DNA of 64,000 bases from a virus: positions 1-64,000 of IMG/VR virus record IMGVR_UViG_3300032265_001591. One strand, 5' to 3'. Shown here in pieces: positions 15,851 to 25,958 of this stretch (position 1 is the first letter of the stretch; each line of letters begins with the position of its first letter). Position numbers and translations under genes: made by a program. The notes under the pieces were generated by a model. That model was not told where the DNA came from, did not search any database, and saw only the letters and a program-made list of their open reading frames with translations.

Positions 15851-17035
15851 ATGTCTAACCTAAAAAATACTTATGGCTTTTCACAGAGTCTTTTAGATGC
15901 AATTCTAAGCGTTCAAGAAAATGCTTTAAAAGGAAAGCAATCAAACATTGACGTAGCAGAACCCAAGGGTAAGATTACGGCTGCCGATTTTGCAAAGCTT
16001 CGTGCTATGAAAAAAGAAGAAGTCGAACAGATTGATGAAATTTCAAAAGAAACAAAACAACGGTATTTAGGCACAGCCGTTGGTGATCTTGCCACGCGTG
16101 CGTATAAGCATGGATTTAAAACTGCAGGAGCCTACAAGCGAACCGATAGCGAAATCGCTGCCGCTGAACGTAATATAAAAAATCGTCAAGCGGGTATTCA
16201 CCGTGCAACTAAAGAAGAAGTCGATCTTGATGAAGGTGGAATGCCTAGTTCAGTTATTCGGTCAAAACAAAAATATGCTGCCATGACCAATCAAGAATTT
16301 GCTGATCTACATGGACATAAAACTGAAGAGCAATTAAGACAAATGGCTTGGTCACATGGTTATGGTAAAATGAGTCCACATTATTGGAATCGAGTTCAAA
16401 AAGCTAAAGCAACTCAAATGAAAGAAGAAGTTGAACAGCTTGAAGAAGCACAAAATTTAATTCCACTTATTTCACAGCTTAAAGCACTACTAAGTTGGCT
16501 TGTAAGTTCTGGTGCAATTCGTAAGTTTGCAAAAGAAGAAGCTGATGTTGTTGGTATGCTTGAACTACTAGAGTATCGTACACCTGGTTCTAAAAATGGT
16601 CAGCGTAAAGAAAGAAAATCAACTGGCGCAGCGCGTGGTCGTCCTAAGAACTCAGATAGCATGCAATCAAAATCAAATGAAAATGAAGAATTAGACAGTG
16701 CTCCTGCATATGATTCAGCTAGTCGTGATACGAAAGAAGGATTTAGACACGTTTTAACCGATATACAAAATGCAGCAGACAGTTCTACTGGTGGTACAGT
16801 TGTACAAGATAAACAAAAACAAAGACATTTGCCACAAAAAACTGCACAGCAATTACTAAATATTTTTAGAACAGCAAAACCAGCAGTTAATGCTGAACTA
16901 TCTGGGCATATTTTTGCAAACAGAGAAATTCCATTGAGATCCCCACATCATATAGCTGCCTATAAAGCAATGAAAGGTGCTGGCGAAATTACTTCACTTC
17001 CCAATGGACGCGGTAGACCAGCAAACGAGCAATAA
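15851..17035 (+). CDS. Putative internal head protein with repeated (M)KEEVEQxxE linkers
   Basis: Repeated KEEVEQIDE / KEEVDLDE / KEEVEQLEE segments. Confidence 0.6.
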   Translation: MSNLKNTYGFSQSLLDAILSVQENALKGKQSNIDVAEPKGKITAADFAKLRAMKKEEVEQIDEISKETKQRYLGTAVGDLATRAYKHGFKTAGAYKRTDSEIAAAERNIKNRQAGIHRATKEEVDLDEGGMPSSVIRSKQKYAAMTNQEFADLHGHKTEEQLRQMAWSHGYGKMSPHYWNRVQKAKATQMKEEVEQLEEAQNLIPLISQLKALLSWLVSSGAIRKFAKEEADVVGMLELLEYRTPGSKNGQRKERKSTGAARGRPKNSDSMQSKSNENEELDSAPAYDSASRDTKEGFRHVLTDIQNAADSSTGGTVVQDKQKQRHLPQKTAQQLLNIFRTAKPAVNAELSGHIFANREIPLRSPHHIAAYKAMKGAGEITSLPNGRGRPANEQ

Positions 17036-17036
17036 T

Positions 17037-17225
17037 ATGACAATAAATGCTAACATTGTAATCATTGAACCAAAAAAGATAGAGTCTAAATTGGCTCTAT
17101 CTTTTGAATCCATACGTGAGAGTGCGGTTAGTAAGTCGTTAAGACAAGAAATGAAAGAACAAAATCAAATAAATACCATTAAAACTTCTAAATACCTAGA
17201 AGATCTCACGAATAAAGGAGACTAA
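17037..17225 (+). CDS. Hypothetical protein
   Basis: ATG right after previous stop. Confidence 0.55.
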   Translation: MTINANIVIIEPKKIESKLALSFESIRESAVSKSLRQEMKEQNQINTIKTSKYLEDLTNKGD

Positions 17226-17227
17226 AA

Positions 17228-18082
17228 ATGTCACAATGGAAAAACACAGATGCCGCCGGCAACTCAGTTCTCTGGGGTGTCACCGGGTTTAAACGAGTAG
17301 CTAATTCTGCTAACAGAGATGCTTTCTTTGGCAACACGACGGTAGATGGTTTAATCACAGGCTTAATCGTTGGTCAATTTGGTGTGGATCCCGCTGAAGC
17401 AAAATCTTCGAACGGTACCATCAACTCAGTAGTATTCACTTCTCGCGGTTCTGGTTATAGCGCAAATGCTACTATCACCGTTAGCGGTGGTTCTGGTTAT
17501 ACAACTGCAGCTGCAGCAAATGCATCTTCAAACTCAATTGGCCGTATTTCTGCTGTTAACTTTACAAATAATGGCGTTAATTATACTTCAGTTCCTACTC
17601 TTACAATTTCTGCACCTACTGCACAAACTTTCGTAGGAAATGCTACTTCAGTAACAGTTGGCAATACAACAAATACTGGTTGGATTTCACTTGGTACAAA
17701 TCGCCTATTCTTTGTGAATAATGATGTTGTTACTTATCTAGTTGGTGCCAGTAATACAGCTATTGGTGGTCTAACAAATAATGTATCTTATTACGTTACT
17801 ACTCCTAACAGTTCAATTATACAATTGTCTGCTACATCTGGCGGTGCACAGATTAATCTATCATCTGTTACAGCCACAGCTCAAGCTGGTCACTCAATCA
17901 CCGGTCAAACTGCAACAGCTTCAGCCGTTCTAAGTTCCGGTCTTCCAATTGCTCACGCTGGTTGGGTAGTACGCAAAGTTGGTACTGGTGGACGTGCTGG
18001 ACGCGTTCAATATGAAACTCTAGTAGCAATGGGTTCAATGACGGGTGATGCTTCTGACGATGCAATTCTAAAGGATGCTTAA
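17228..18082 (+). CDS. Virion structural protein
   Basis: G/S/T/N-rich; C-terminal HAGWV...GRAGRVQYETLVAM seen in T4-like structural proteins. Confidence 0.7.
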   Translation: MSQWKNTDAAGNSVLWGVTGFKRVANSANRDAFFGNTTVDGLITGLIVGQFGVDPAEAKSSNGTINSVVFTSRGSGYSANATITVSGGSGYTTAAAANASSNSIGRISAVNFTNNGVNYTSVPTLTISAPTAQTFVGNATSVTVGNTTNTGWISLGTNRLFFVNNDVVTYLVGASNTAIGGLTNNVSYYVTTPNSSIIQLSATSGGAQINLSSVTATAQAGHSITGQTATASAVLSSGLPIAHAGWVVRKVGTGGRAGRVQYETLVAMGSMTGDASDDAILKDA

Positions 18083-18086
18083 TTAA

Positions 18087-18371
18087 ATGTCTGATCGTGC
18101 TAAGAAAGTTAGTGAACTAACGGCACTTACTGCGCCTGTCGGAGAAGATTTTTTACTTATCGTAGACGATCCATCCGGTACGCCAATAAGTAAAAAAGTA
18201 ACTGTTGCTAATCTTTTAGGCAACTCATCAGCCAACGTTGTGATTTATAATACTACTCCAGCTAATAGTACTATTACAGTTAAGAAAGGTACTATTATGT
18301 TTGATAATAGCTATCTTTATATTGCTATTGCAAATAATACATTAAAGAGGGTCTCTTTAGGATCATTCTAA
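18087..18371 (+). CDS. Small structural/hypothetical protein
   Basis: KKVSELTAL N-terminus resembling tail-fibre-associated motifs. Confidence 0.65.
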   Translation: MSDRAKKVSELTALTAPVGEDFLLIVDDPSGTPISKKVTVANLLGNSSANVVIYNTTPANSTITVKKGTIMFDNSYLYIAIANNTLKRVSLGSF

Positions 18372-18376
18372 AATAA

Positions 18377-18766
18377 ATGAAATGTGAAACCTTGGATAAT
18401 AGTAATTTCTTATTATATGCTGCTAAACATTATGATAATCCACAATGTTTTGACACCAAAGAATTTTATGATGATCTCAAAAAGTTTAAGTATCTTAAAA
18501 GACTTTTTAATCGCTATAAAGAAACTGGTGAATTGAAAGAAAGATTGATAATTAATCATCTACAGATTCTTTATAATCTGTTTGGTATTGATGCAACTAC
18601 TAGAATGTTATTCTTGGCGCTTAAGAAACATCGAGAATGCCTTAAACCTTTTTTAATATTATTCAATACAATGCCGGATGTGGTTAAATGTATTGAGGGT
18701 AGTGATATTTACGAAAGCGATATAGCAATGGATCAAACCATTGTAGAAATACTAAGGAAGATCTAA
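18377..18766 (+). CDS. Conserved T4-like phage hypothetical protein
   Basis: NFLLYAAKHYDNP...KERLIINH..ILYN.FG pattern. Confidence 0.75.
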   Translation: MKCETLDNSNFLLYAAKHYDNPQCFDTKEFYDDLKKFKYLKRLFNRYKETGELKERLIINHLQILYNLFGIDATTRMLFLALKKHRECLKPFLILFNTMPDVVKCIEGSDIYESDIAMDQTIVEILRKI

Positions 18767-19110
18767 TGAAAACACTATCTCAATTTATTTTAGAAACTGT
18801 TTCTAAGATTGATCATGATCTCAGTGAAGAGTATATTGCGGAACGAGGTGAAGATTCTAAAGGATATAGACGTCCTACAGAAAAGGGTGCAGGGCTAACT
18901 CGCAAAGGTGTTATGTTTTATCGTCGTCAAAATCCCGGTTCAACCCTACAAACTGCAGTAACGGGTAAAGTCAAGCCCGGATCTAAAGCAGCAAAGCGTA
19001 GGAAATCTTTCTGTGCACGCATGTCGGGTATGCCTGGTCCTATGAAAGATGAAAAGGGCAGACCAACACGAAAAGCCATGTCTCTTAGAAGATGGAGATG
19101 CAGAACATGA
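18766..19110 (+). CDS. Basic hypothetical protein, capsid-targeting-like N-terminus
   Basis: MKTLSQFILE; RRKSFCARM...RRWRC. Confidence 0.75.
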   Translation: MKTLSQFILETVSKIDHDLSEEYIAERGEDSKGYRRPTEKGAGLTRKGVMFYRRQNPGSTLQTAVTGKVKPGSKAAKRRKSFCARMSGMPGPMKDEKGRPTRKAMSLRRWRCRT

Positions 19111-19805
19111 TATCTTTTAAAACTTTTCTGCAGAGTATTGAAGAATCTGCAGATAAAGGTTTAGCTGCTAAAGTGAAAGCATCTGGTATTTCTATTGGAA
19201 CTCTTCGTACGGTATATCGACGCGGTGTTGCAGCATGGAATTCTGGTCATCGTCCAGGTACAACTCCTCAACAATGGGGAATGGCCAGAGTCAACTCATA
19301 TATTACAAAAGGTAAAGGCACATATCATGGTGCCGATAAAGATCTTCATGAAGTAGATTCTAGATTACATAAAGAACCATATCAAAGAGGTATGAGTCCT
19401 TCTATTGCTGCCGCTAGAGTAAGACATTGGAAAAAGGCAGACAAATTATCTGATAGAAACCCAAGAGCATATGAACCAGCGCCAGGGGATGCTACTGCAA
19501 AAACTAAACTTAGTAAATTTACTAAAAAATATCATAAACTTTATGGTGAAGAAATTGGTATGCAAGAAGTTTGTTGGAAAGGCTATAAGAAAATTGGTAT
19601 GAAGAAAAAAAGCAGTAAAATGGTGCCAAACTGCGTACCTATAAAAGAAGATAGTGAAGGTGTTGCTGCAAATAACATTGGATCAGGCAACATAAAAGGG
19701 TTTGATCCAATATTAGGATTCTCGCCAATGCAGAAAAGAAAAAAACCTAATGTTTCAGTTTTTCTTGCAAAAATAATTAAATCAAAAAAAGATAGTGTAA
19801 AATAA
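19107..19805 (+). CDS. Basic modular hypothetical protein, capsid-targeting-like N-terminus
   Basis: MISFKTFLQSIEE; VYRRG.AAW, QQWGMARVNS, CWKGY...VPNCVP modules. Confidence 0.75.
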   Translation: MISFKTFLQSIEESADKGLAAKVKASGISIGTLRTVYRRGVAAWNSGHRPGTTPQQWGMARVNSYITKGKGTYHGADKDLHEVDSRLHKEPYQRGMSPSIAAARVRHWKKADKLSDRNPRAYEPAPGDATAKTKLSKFTKKYHKLYGEEIGMQEVCWKGYKKIGMKKKSSKMVPNCVPIKEDSEGVAANNIGSGNIKGFDPILGFSPMQKRKKPNVSVFLAKIIKSKKDSVK

Positions 19806-19814
19806 GATTTGATT

Positions 19815-20246
19815 ATGCAAATTAAACTCATTATTTTTATAGCAGTATTGACTTTATTAACCACGGTTATTGGTGGGTCTTATTATTATTATAAAACTTC
19901 TCAAGAATTAATAGCAGAACTTAATCAAAAGAACGCAACGCTAAACATAACAATTGAAGAACAAAAACGTGCTATAGATTCTATTCAACAGTCTTTACAA
20001 CAACAAACTGTTATTAGAGAAAAAATGCAAAAAGAAGTTCAATCTGCAAAAAAAGATATAGATAATTTACAAAATAAATTAAGTTCACATGATTTTAATA
20101 AAATTGCATCAAAAAAAATAACACTTCTTGAAAAAAAAATTAATATTGCAACTGATGACGTAATAAGATGTTTTGAAATAGCAACAGGAAATAAGGTAAA
20201 ACAAAATGAAACTAATCATCAGTGCCCTGATCTTATGCGTCCTTAG
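19815..20246 (+). CDS. Putative i-spanin (Rz-like)
   Basis: N-terminal TM helix plus long coiled coil, overlapped by a lipoprotein gene. Confidence 0.7.
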   Translation: MQIKLIIFIAVLTLLTTVIGGSYYYYKTSQELIAELNQKNATLNITIEEQKRAIDSIQQSLQQQTVIREKMQKEVQSAKKDIDNLQNKLSSHDFNKIASKKITLLEKKINIATDDVIRCFEIATGNKVKQNETNHQCPDLMRP

Positions 20247-20529
20247 TGGATGTTCAGCTTTTCAAACTAAAGAACCTGTAAAAATATCATGCATTCCTGT
20301 TGAAAAACCAAAATTACAAGTAGATCTACCTTCTCCAGTAGCGTTGCAGTCAGTAAATTGGTCTCTTTTAATGAATAATAATGTATTATTGATTGCGTTG
20401 GATGAGCAAGGATATAAAGCTTTAAGTTTAAATAATGCTAAAATTCTAAAATATATAAGAGAACAAAATTCACTTATAACAGCTTATAGGAAATACTATG
20501 AGTCAGACACCAAATCAGAAAAACATTAG
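20206..20529 (+). CDS. Putative o-spanin (Rz1-like lipoprotein)
   Basis: LSGC lipobox, Pro-rich linker, overlaps end of i-spanin. Confidence 0.7.
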   Translation: MKLIISALILCVLSGCSAFQTKEPVKISCIPVEKPKLQVDLPSPVALQSVNWSLLMNNNVLLIALDEQGYKALSLNNAKILKYIREQNSLITAYRKYYESDTKSEKH

Positions 20530-20530
20530 C

Positions 20531-20890
20531 ATGTTAGACAACGCTCAAGAATTAAAAACGCATGTTGCGCTTTTAGAAAAAGACGTAACGCAAATGACTA
20601 TGTTTGTTGAAAAACTTGATTCTGCAATTGAAAAACTAGCAGATGTTTCAGCTTCAATTAAAGAATTACTTGCTGTACATGATCATAAACTTAACCAACA
20701 GTCTCAAGTTAATTCAGAGATTTATGATATGATTAAACAATTGAAGATTGAAAATCATGCAGAACATTCTCAAACAAAACATGAACTTCAGAATTTAGCA
20801 AATCGAATTAATTCTCTTGAAAAATGGAAATATAGCGTTGTAGGTGGAGCATTTGTTTTTGGTTCAGTTGTTTCGTATTTGCTAAAATAG
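20531..20890 (+). CDS. Coiled-coil protein with C-terminal TM helix
   Basis: Heptad pattern, LEKWKY then hydrophobic tail. Confidence 0.7.
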   Translation: MLDNAQELKTHVALLEKDVTQMTMFVEKLDSAIEKLADVSASIKELLAVHDHKLNQQSQVNSEIYDMIKQLKIENHAEHSQTKHELQNLANRINSLEKWKYSVVGGAFVFGSVVSYLLK

Positions 20891-20892
20891 TA

Positions 20893-20921
20893 TTTACTTT
20901 TTTTCTCTTGATTGGTATAAT
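20893..20921 (+). promoter_or_regulatory. Sigma70-like promoter for primase
   Basis: TTTACT-17 nt-TATAAT. Confidence 0.6.
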
Positions 20922-20950
20922 CAACTAAGTGAAAAAACATAGTATACTGT

Positions 20951-21973
20951 ATGAGTATTTGGATAGATTTGCAATATCTTGGTTTGGTCTCAAACCGTCT
21001 AGATAGATTTAAACAGAAAGATAAAGAAGTATTTAATTGTCGTTGTCCTCTGTGTTTGGATTCACAGAAAAGCAAAACAAAGGCAAGAGGATGGTTTTTC
21101 TCTAAATCAAATAAGTTAAGGTACTACTGTCATAACTGTGGTGCTTCAATGTTATTTGGTACTTTCCTTAAAACATTTGATGCAATGTTGTATTCTGATT
21201 TCTTAAAAGAAACATTTATCGAAGATAACATTCATAATCCTTTGCCCGAGAAAACTCCTGATATAACGAATTTTGCTCCTCCTAAGTTCATGTCAGGCAC
21301 TTCGCCTTTAAAGAGTTTGAAAAAGATTTCATCTTTGCCTGTAGATCATGCCTATAAAAAGTATGTGATGAAGAGAAAGATTCCATCTCATCACCAGTAT
21401 AGATTATTCTATTGTGATTCATTTAAGAAATGGGTAAATACTTTTTTACCTGGTAAGTTTGAATCAACTGAAAATGATCATTCAAGATTAATTATTCCAT
21501 TCATTGATCGTGAAAAGAATTTCTTTGGTTGTCAGGGCAGGAGTTTATCTTTTACAGGAATTAGATATATAACAATCATACTAGATGAAAACAAACCCAG
21601 AGTGTTTGGTCTAGACACATGTGATCTTAAGAAAGATACGTATGTGTTTGAAGGACCAATTGATTCGTTGTTCTTTGATAATGCAATCGCCATGTGTGGA
21701 TCTGATCTGTCTAAGTCCCTTGATCTAGATAAGAGTAAAACTACTGTAGTGTTCGATAATGAACCTAGGTCAAAAGAGATCGTAAACAAGATTGATAAGT
21801 ATATTAATCTGGGGTATAAAGTATGCATCTGGCCCTCAAGGATTGAGCAGAAAGATGTGAACGATATGATCTTGGCGGGACGTGATCCCGAAGAACTTAA
21901 GATCATAGTTGATAGAAATACATTTAGTGGAATAGAAGCTCAATTGCAATTACAAACGTGGAGAAAATGTTGA
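20951..21973 (+). CDS. 61: DNA primase (T4 gp61-like)
   Basis: CRCPLC.DS...CHNC zinc finger; EGPIDS, FDNEPR, KDVND TOPRIM motifs. Confidence 0.93.
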   Translation: MSIWIDLQYLGLVSNRLDRFKQKDKEVFNCRCPLCLDSQKSKTKARGWFFSKSNKLRYYCHNCGASMLFGTFLKTFDAMLYSDFLKETFIEDNIHNPLPEKTPDITNFAPPKFMSGTSPLKSLKKISSLPVDHAYKKYVMKRKIPSHHQYRLFYCDSFKKWVNTFLPGKFESTENDHSRLIIPFIDREKNFFGCQGRSLSFTGIRYITIILDENKPRVFGLDTCDLKKDTYVFEGPIDSLFFDNAIAMCGSDLSKSLDLDKSKTTVVFDNEPRSKEIVNKIDKYINLGYKVCIWPSRIEQKDVNDMILAGRDPEELKIIVDRNTFSGIEAQLQLQTWRKC

Positions 21974-22692
21974 TGAATAAGCAAGTTAAACTTGTTAATT
22001 ATACCCGTGCTGATATGGATTTTATGATTGACAATGGAAATGTTATCTTAGTAGATGATGTACAAGAAATGATTGCTTTCTGTGCCCGAGTATCAAATCC
22101 TAGTAATCAACAAAATAGTTCTACTTCTGATAGGTTAATTAAGTACCTGGTAAAACATAAACATTGGTCTCCCTTTGAGATGGCAAGTGCCTGCATCGAG
22201 ATCAATACGACTCGTGATATTGCTCGACAGATCTTGAGACATCGTTCTTTTTCTTTTCAAGAATTTAGTCAGCGATATGCAGATCCAACACAGGATCTTG
22301 GGTTCGAGTATCGTGAAGCAAGACTTCAAGACACTAAGAATCGTCAGAACAGCATTGAAACAGATGATCGTGAATTAAATGCTATTTGGCTTGAGAAGCA
22401 ACAAGCAGTTATTCGTGCAGCAAAAGATGCATATGAATTTGCTATTACTCAGGGTATCGCAAAAGAACAAGCACGTGTAGTTCTTCCAGAAGGACTAACT
22501 ACTTCTAGGATGTATGTAAATGGAACAATTAGATCTTGGATTCATTACATTGAAGTACGTACAGATCCAAGTACACAAAAAGAACATCGTATCATTGCAG
22601 AACAATGCGCACAAGAACTATCTAAAGTAGTACCAATTATTTCTGAATTTGTATATAATAAGACACCTGTAGGTGAATGGCTAGGCCTCTAA
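21973..22692 (+). CDS. thyX: FAD-dependent thymidylate synthase
   Basis: HWSPFE, RHRSFSFQEFSQRY, TQKEHR. Confidence 0.95.
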   Translation: MNKQVKLVNYTRADMDFMIDNGNVILVDDVQEMIAFCARVSNPSNQQNSSTSDRLIKYLVKHKHWSPFEMASACIEINTTRDIARQILRHRSFSFQEFSQRYADPTQDLGFEYREARLQDTKNRQNSIETDDRELNAIWLEKQQAVIRAAKDAYEFAITQGIAKEQARVVLPEGLTTSRMYVNGTIRSWIHYIEVRTDPSTQKEHRIIAEQCAQELSKVVPIISEFVYNKTPVGEWLGL

Positions 22693-22710
22693 CACATAAC
22701 GAGAAGAACT

Positions 22711-24519
22711 ATGACAACAAAAACAAATTACATGGGCATCGACATTGATTACTCTCGTGATAATCTATTTGATGACTTAGGTGTTAAGCGGCTCAAAGAA
22801 TCATATATGCTTGATTATGAGACTTCACCACAAGAGAGGTTTGCATATGTTTCTAAAACTTTTGCATCGAATGATGCTCATGCTCAACGGCTGTATGAAT
22901 ATGCTTCTCATCATTGGTTGTCTTATTCTACTCCCATTCTTAGTTTTGGTCGTTCTGTTCGTGGCCTTCCCATTTCTTGTTTTCTTAATTATATTGAAGA
23001 TACTGCGGAAGGTTTGGTTAACAATCTCTCTGAAACGAGTTGGCTCAGTATGTTTGGCGGTGGTGTGGGGATTGGGTTTGGTATTCGCAGCGCCGGTGAT
23101 AAGTCTACTGGCGTTATGCCACATCTTAAGTTGTACGATGCGTCCAGTTTGGCGTTTAGGCAAGGACGTACTCGGCGTGGTTCTTATGCTGCCTATCTTG
23201 ATATTAGTCATCCCGATATCATTAATTTTCTTGAAATGCGAAAGCCTACGGGGGACCAAAACCTCAGAGCATTAAACATGCATCATGGAATTAATATCAC
23301 TGATGATTTTATGCAAATCATTGAAAGATGCATGTTAGATTCCGATGTTGATGATTCATGGAATCTAATTGATCCGCATAGCAAAGAAGTTCATGAAACA
23401 ATTTCTGCAAGGGATCTTTGGCAACGAATTCTAGAGACCAGAATGTTGACCGGTGAACCTTATTTGCATTTTATTGATACGAGTAATAAACATCTACCGC
23501 CCTGGCAAAAAGATCTAGGTCTTTCAGTTAAACAATCTAACCTTTGTTCAGAAATTGTTCTTCCTACTGGTAAGAACCGCACGGCAGTTTGTTGTTTGTC
23601 TTCAGTAAATTTGGAGTATTACGATGAGTGGAAAGATAATGAGTTATTTCTTAAAGACATTGCTGAAATGCTTGATAATGTATTACAGTATTTCATTGAT
23701 AACGCACCCGACTCTATCGCACGAGCAAAGTTTTCTGCTTGGTGTGAGCGTTCTATTGGGGTCGGTGCTCTTGGATTTCACGCGTATCTTCAAAGTAAAA
23801 TGATTCCTTGGGAGTCGTCAATGGCTGTGGGATTAAATAAGAAAATCTTTAAGCATATTCGTGATAAACTTAATATTGCTAACGTACAACTTGGATTGTT
23901 TCGTGGATCTCCTCAAGATGCATTTGGTACTGGGTTACGTTTTAGTCATCTAATGGCAATTGCTCCAAATGCTACAAGTTCAATCATCATGGGGAATACT
24001 TCTCCCTCTGTGGAACCATATAGAGCAAATGCATATCGTCAAGATACTTTATCTGGTTCTAGTTTTGTAAAGAATAAGTTTCTTGATAAACTATTATGGG
24101 AAAAGGTAGGCAATCACGATCATAATGAACAAGAGATGGCAGATATTTGGTCATCTATTATTGCAAATGATGGTTCAGTTCAGCATCTAACAATACTTAC
24201 TGATTGGGAAAAAGATGTATTTAAGACATCAATGGAAATTGATCAACGATGGGTAATTCAACATGCAGCGGACCGTCAAGAGCATATAGATCAAGCACAA
24301 TCATTAAACACATTTTTTCGACCAGATGTAAATATTAAATATCTTCATGCAGTTCATTTCATGGCTTGGAAACAAGGATTAAAGACTCTTTATTATTGTC
24401 GTTCAGAGAAGATTGGAAAAGCAGATAAAGTTTCTAAGAAGATTCAAAGACAGATCATTCAAGAGATTGATTTAAAACAACTAATAGACGGTGATACCTG
24501 TCTAGCTTGCGAAGGGTAA
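22711..24519 (+). CDS. nrdA: Class I ribonucleotide reductase alpha subunit (no ATP cone)
   Basis: PISCF, SNLCSEI, IAPNATSS, KTLYYCR, C-terminal CLAC. Confidence 0.95.
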   Translation: MTTKTNYMGIDIDYSRDNLFDDLGVKRLKESYMLDYETSPQERFAYVSKTFASNDAHAQRLYEYASHHWLSYSTPILSFGRSVRGLPISCFLNYIEDTAEGLVNNLSETSWLSMFGGGVGIGFGIRSAGDKSTGVMPHLKLYDASSLAFRQGRTRRGSYAAYLDISHPDIINFLEMRKPTGDQNLRALNMHHGINITDDFMQIIERCMLDSDVDDSWNLIDPHSKEVHETISARDLWQRILETRMLTGEPYLHFIDTSNKHLPPWQKDLGLSVKQSNLCSEIVLPTGKNRTAVCCLSSVNLEYYDEWKDNELFLKDIAEMLDNVLQYFIDNAPDSIARAKFSAWCERSIGVGALGFHAYLQSKMIPWESSMAVGLNKKIFKHIRDKLNIANVQLGLFRGSPQDAFGTGLRFSHLMAIAPNATSSIIMGNTSPSVEPYRANAYRQDTLSGSSFVKNKFLDKLLWEKVGNHDHNEQEMADIWSSIIANDGSVQHLTILTDWEKDVFKTSMEIDQRWVIQHAADRQEHIDQAQSLNTFFRPDVNIKYLHAVHFMAWKQGLKTLYYCRSEKIGKADKVSKKIQRQIIQEIDLKQLIDGDTCLACEG

Positions 24520-24520
24520 T

Positions 24521-25492
24521 ATGACAAATAAATTAAAACTTACAGACGAGCGTCAATATTTTAAACCGTTCTCTTATCCTTGGGCGTATGAATCGTGGCT
24601 TAAGCATGAACAATCTCATTGGATTCATACTGAAGTTCCTATGCTTGAGGATGTTAAAGATTGGAAGAAACGTTTAAGTAAAGAAGAACAAACGTTTCTT
24701 ACAAACATCTTTAGGTTCTTTACTCAGGGTGACATCGATGTGGCTGGTGGATATGTCAATAACTATCTACCATATTTTCCACAACCAGAAGTAAGAATGA
24801 TGCTTTGTGGTTTTGCTGCTCGCGAAGCTCTTCATGTTGCTGCATATTCTCATCTCATTGAGACTCTTGGAATGCCTGAGACAACATATAATGAATTCAT
24901 GCAATATGAAGAGATGAAGGCTAAGCATGATTTCTTTGCTCAGATTGCAGGACAAGATGCTCAGACTATCGCTCAACAGATTGCAGCATTCTCAGCATTT
25001 ACTGAGGGTATGCAGTTATTCTCATCATTCATCATGTTACTTAATTTCCCTCGGCATGGTAAAATGAAGGGTATGGGACAGATCATTACTTGGTCTATCG
25101 TTGATGAAACAATGCATGCTGAATCAATGATTAAATTGTTCAGAACGTTCATTGAAGAAAATAGAGATATTTGGAATGATGAACTGAAGTCTGAAATTTA
25201 TAAGATTGCAGAAAAGATGGTAGAACTTGAAGACAAATTTATTGATCTAGCATTTTCAATTGGACCAATGGAGGGATTAGATGGAGATGGTGTTAAGCGT
25301 TATATCAGGTATATTGCTGATCGTAGGCTTATCTCTCTTGGGCTTAAAGGGATTTTCAAAGTAAAGAAAAACCCATTACCTTGGGTTGAAGAGATGGTCA
25401 ATGCACCTATTCATACTAACTTCTTTGAGAATAGAGCTACAGATTATGCTAAGGGTGCGTTGACTGGTTCTTGGGAAAGTGTTTGGGCGTAA
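24521..25492 (+). CDS. nrdB: Class I ribonucleotide reductase beta subunit
   Basis: FFTQGD, EALH..AY, EG..LFSSF, DETMH, NFFE.R..DY. Confidence 0.95.
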   Translation: MTNKLKLTDERQYFKPFSYPWAYESWLKHEQSHWIHTEVPMLEDVKDWKKRLSKEEQTFLTNIFRFFTQGDIDVAGGYVNNYLPYFPQPEVRMMLCGFAAREALHVAAYSHLIETLGMPETTYNEFMQYEEMKAKHDFFAQIAGQDAQTIAQQIAAFSAFTEGMQLFSSFIMLLNFPRHGKMKGMGQIITWSIVDETMHAESMIKLFRTFIEENRDIWNDELKSEIYKIAEKMVELEDKFIDLAFSIGPMEGLDGDGVKRYIRYIADRRLISLGLKGIFKVKKNPLPWVEEMVNAPIHTNFFENRATDYAKGALTGSWESVWA

Positions 25493-25543
25493 TATTCAAT
25501 GAACAATAAATATTAGCATCAGGGTGAATATTATGGTGCTAAT

Positions 25544-25957
25544 ATGTGGTTTTACGAAGAAAAAGAAATAGATCATGAACTTTCAATTAAATACTACGGC
25601 TTTATATATTGCATTGAGCATATGCCATCAGGCAAAAAATATATAGGCCGTAAGTATTTCACTAAAGCTGCAACAAAGCAAGTCAAAGGAAAAAGAAAGA
25701 AGATCCGTAAAGACTCTGATTGGAAAGACTATTGGGGATCATCTACAAAACTCCTAGAAGAAATAGAAAAGCTCGGAAAAGAAAACTTTAAAAGAACAAT
25801 CATACGATTATGTAAGACGCGTGGTGAATGTAACTATTGGGAAGCTAAGTTACAATTTGAACAAGACGTATTATGCGCAACTATGCAAAATGGTGAACCA
25901 GCATACTATAATGAAAATATAATGATGAAGTTTACTCGAAGAAATATAGGAAAATAA
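25544..25957 (+). CDS. GIY-YIG family nuclease (short)
   Basis: GFIY...KKYIGRK...YWGSS. Confidence 0.75.
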   Translation: MWFYEEKEIDHELSIKYYGFIYCIEHMPSGKKYIGRKYFTKAATKQVKGKRKKIRKDSDWKDYWGSSTKLLEEIEKLGKENFKRTIIRLCKTRGECNYWEAKLQFEQDVLCATMQNGEPAYYNENIMMKFTRRNIGK

Positions 25958-25958
25958 T

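Noticed and set aside
22711-25492. Introns or inteins in nrdA/nrdB
   Set aside because: Both ORFs are continuous and of compact length
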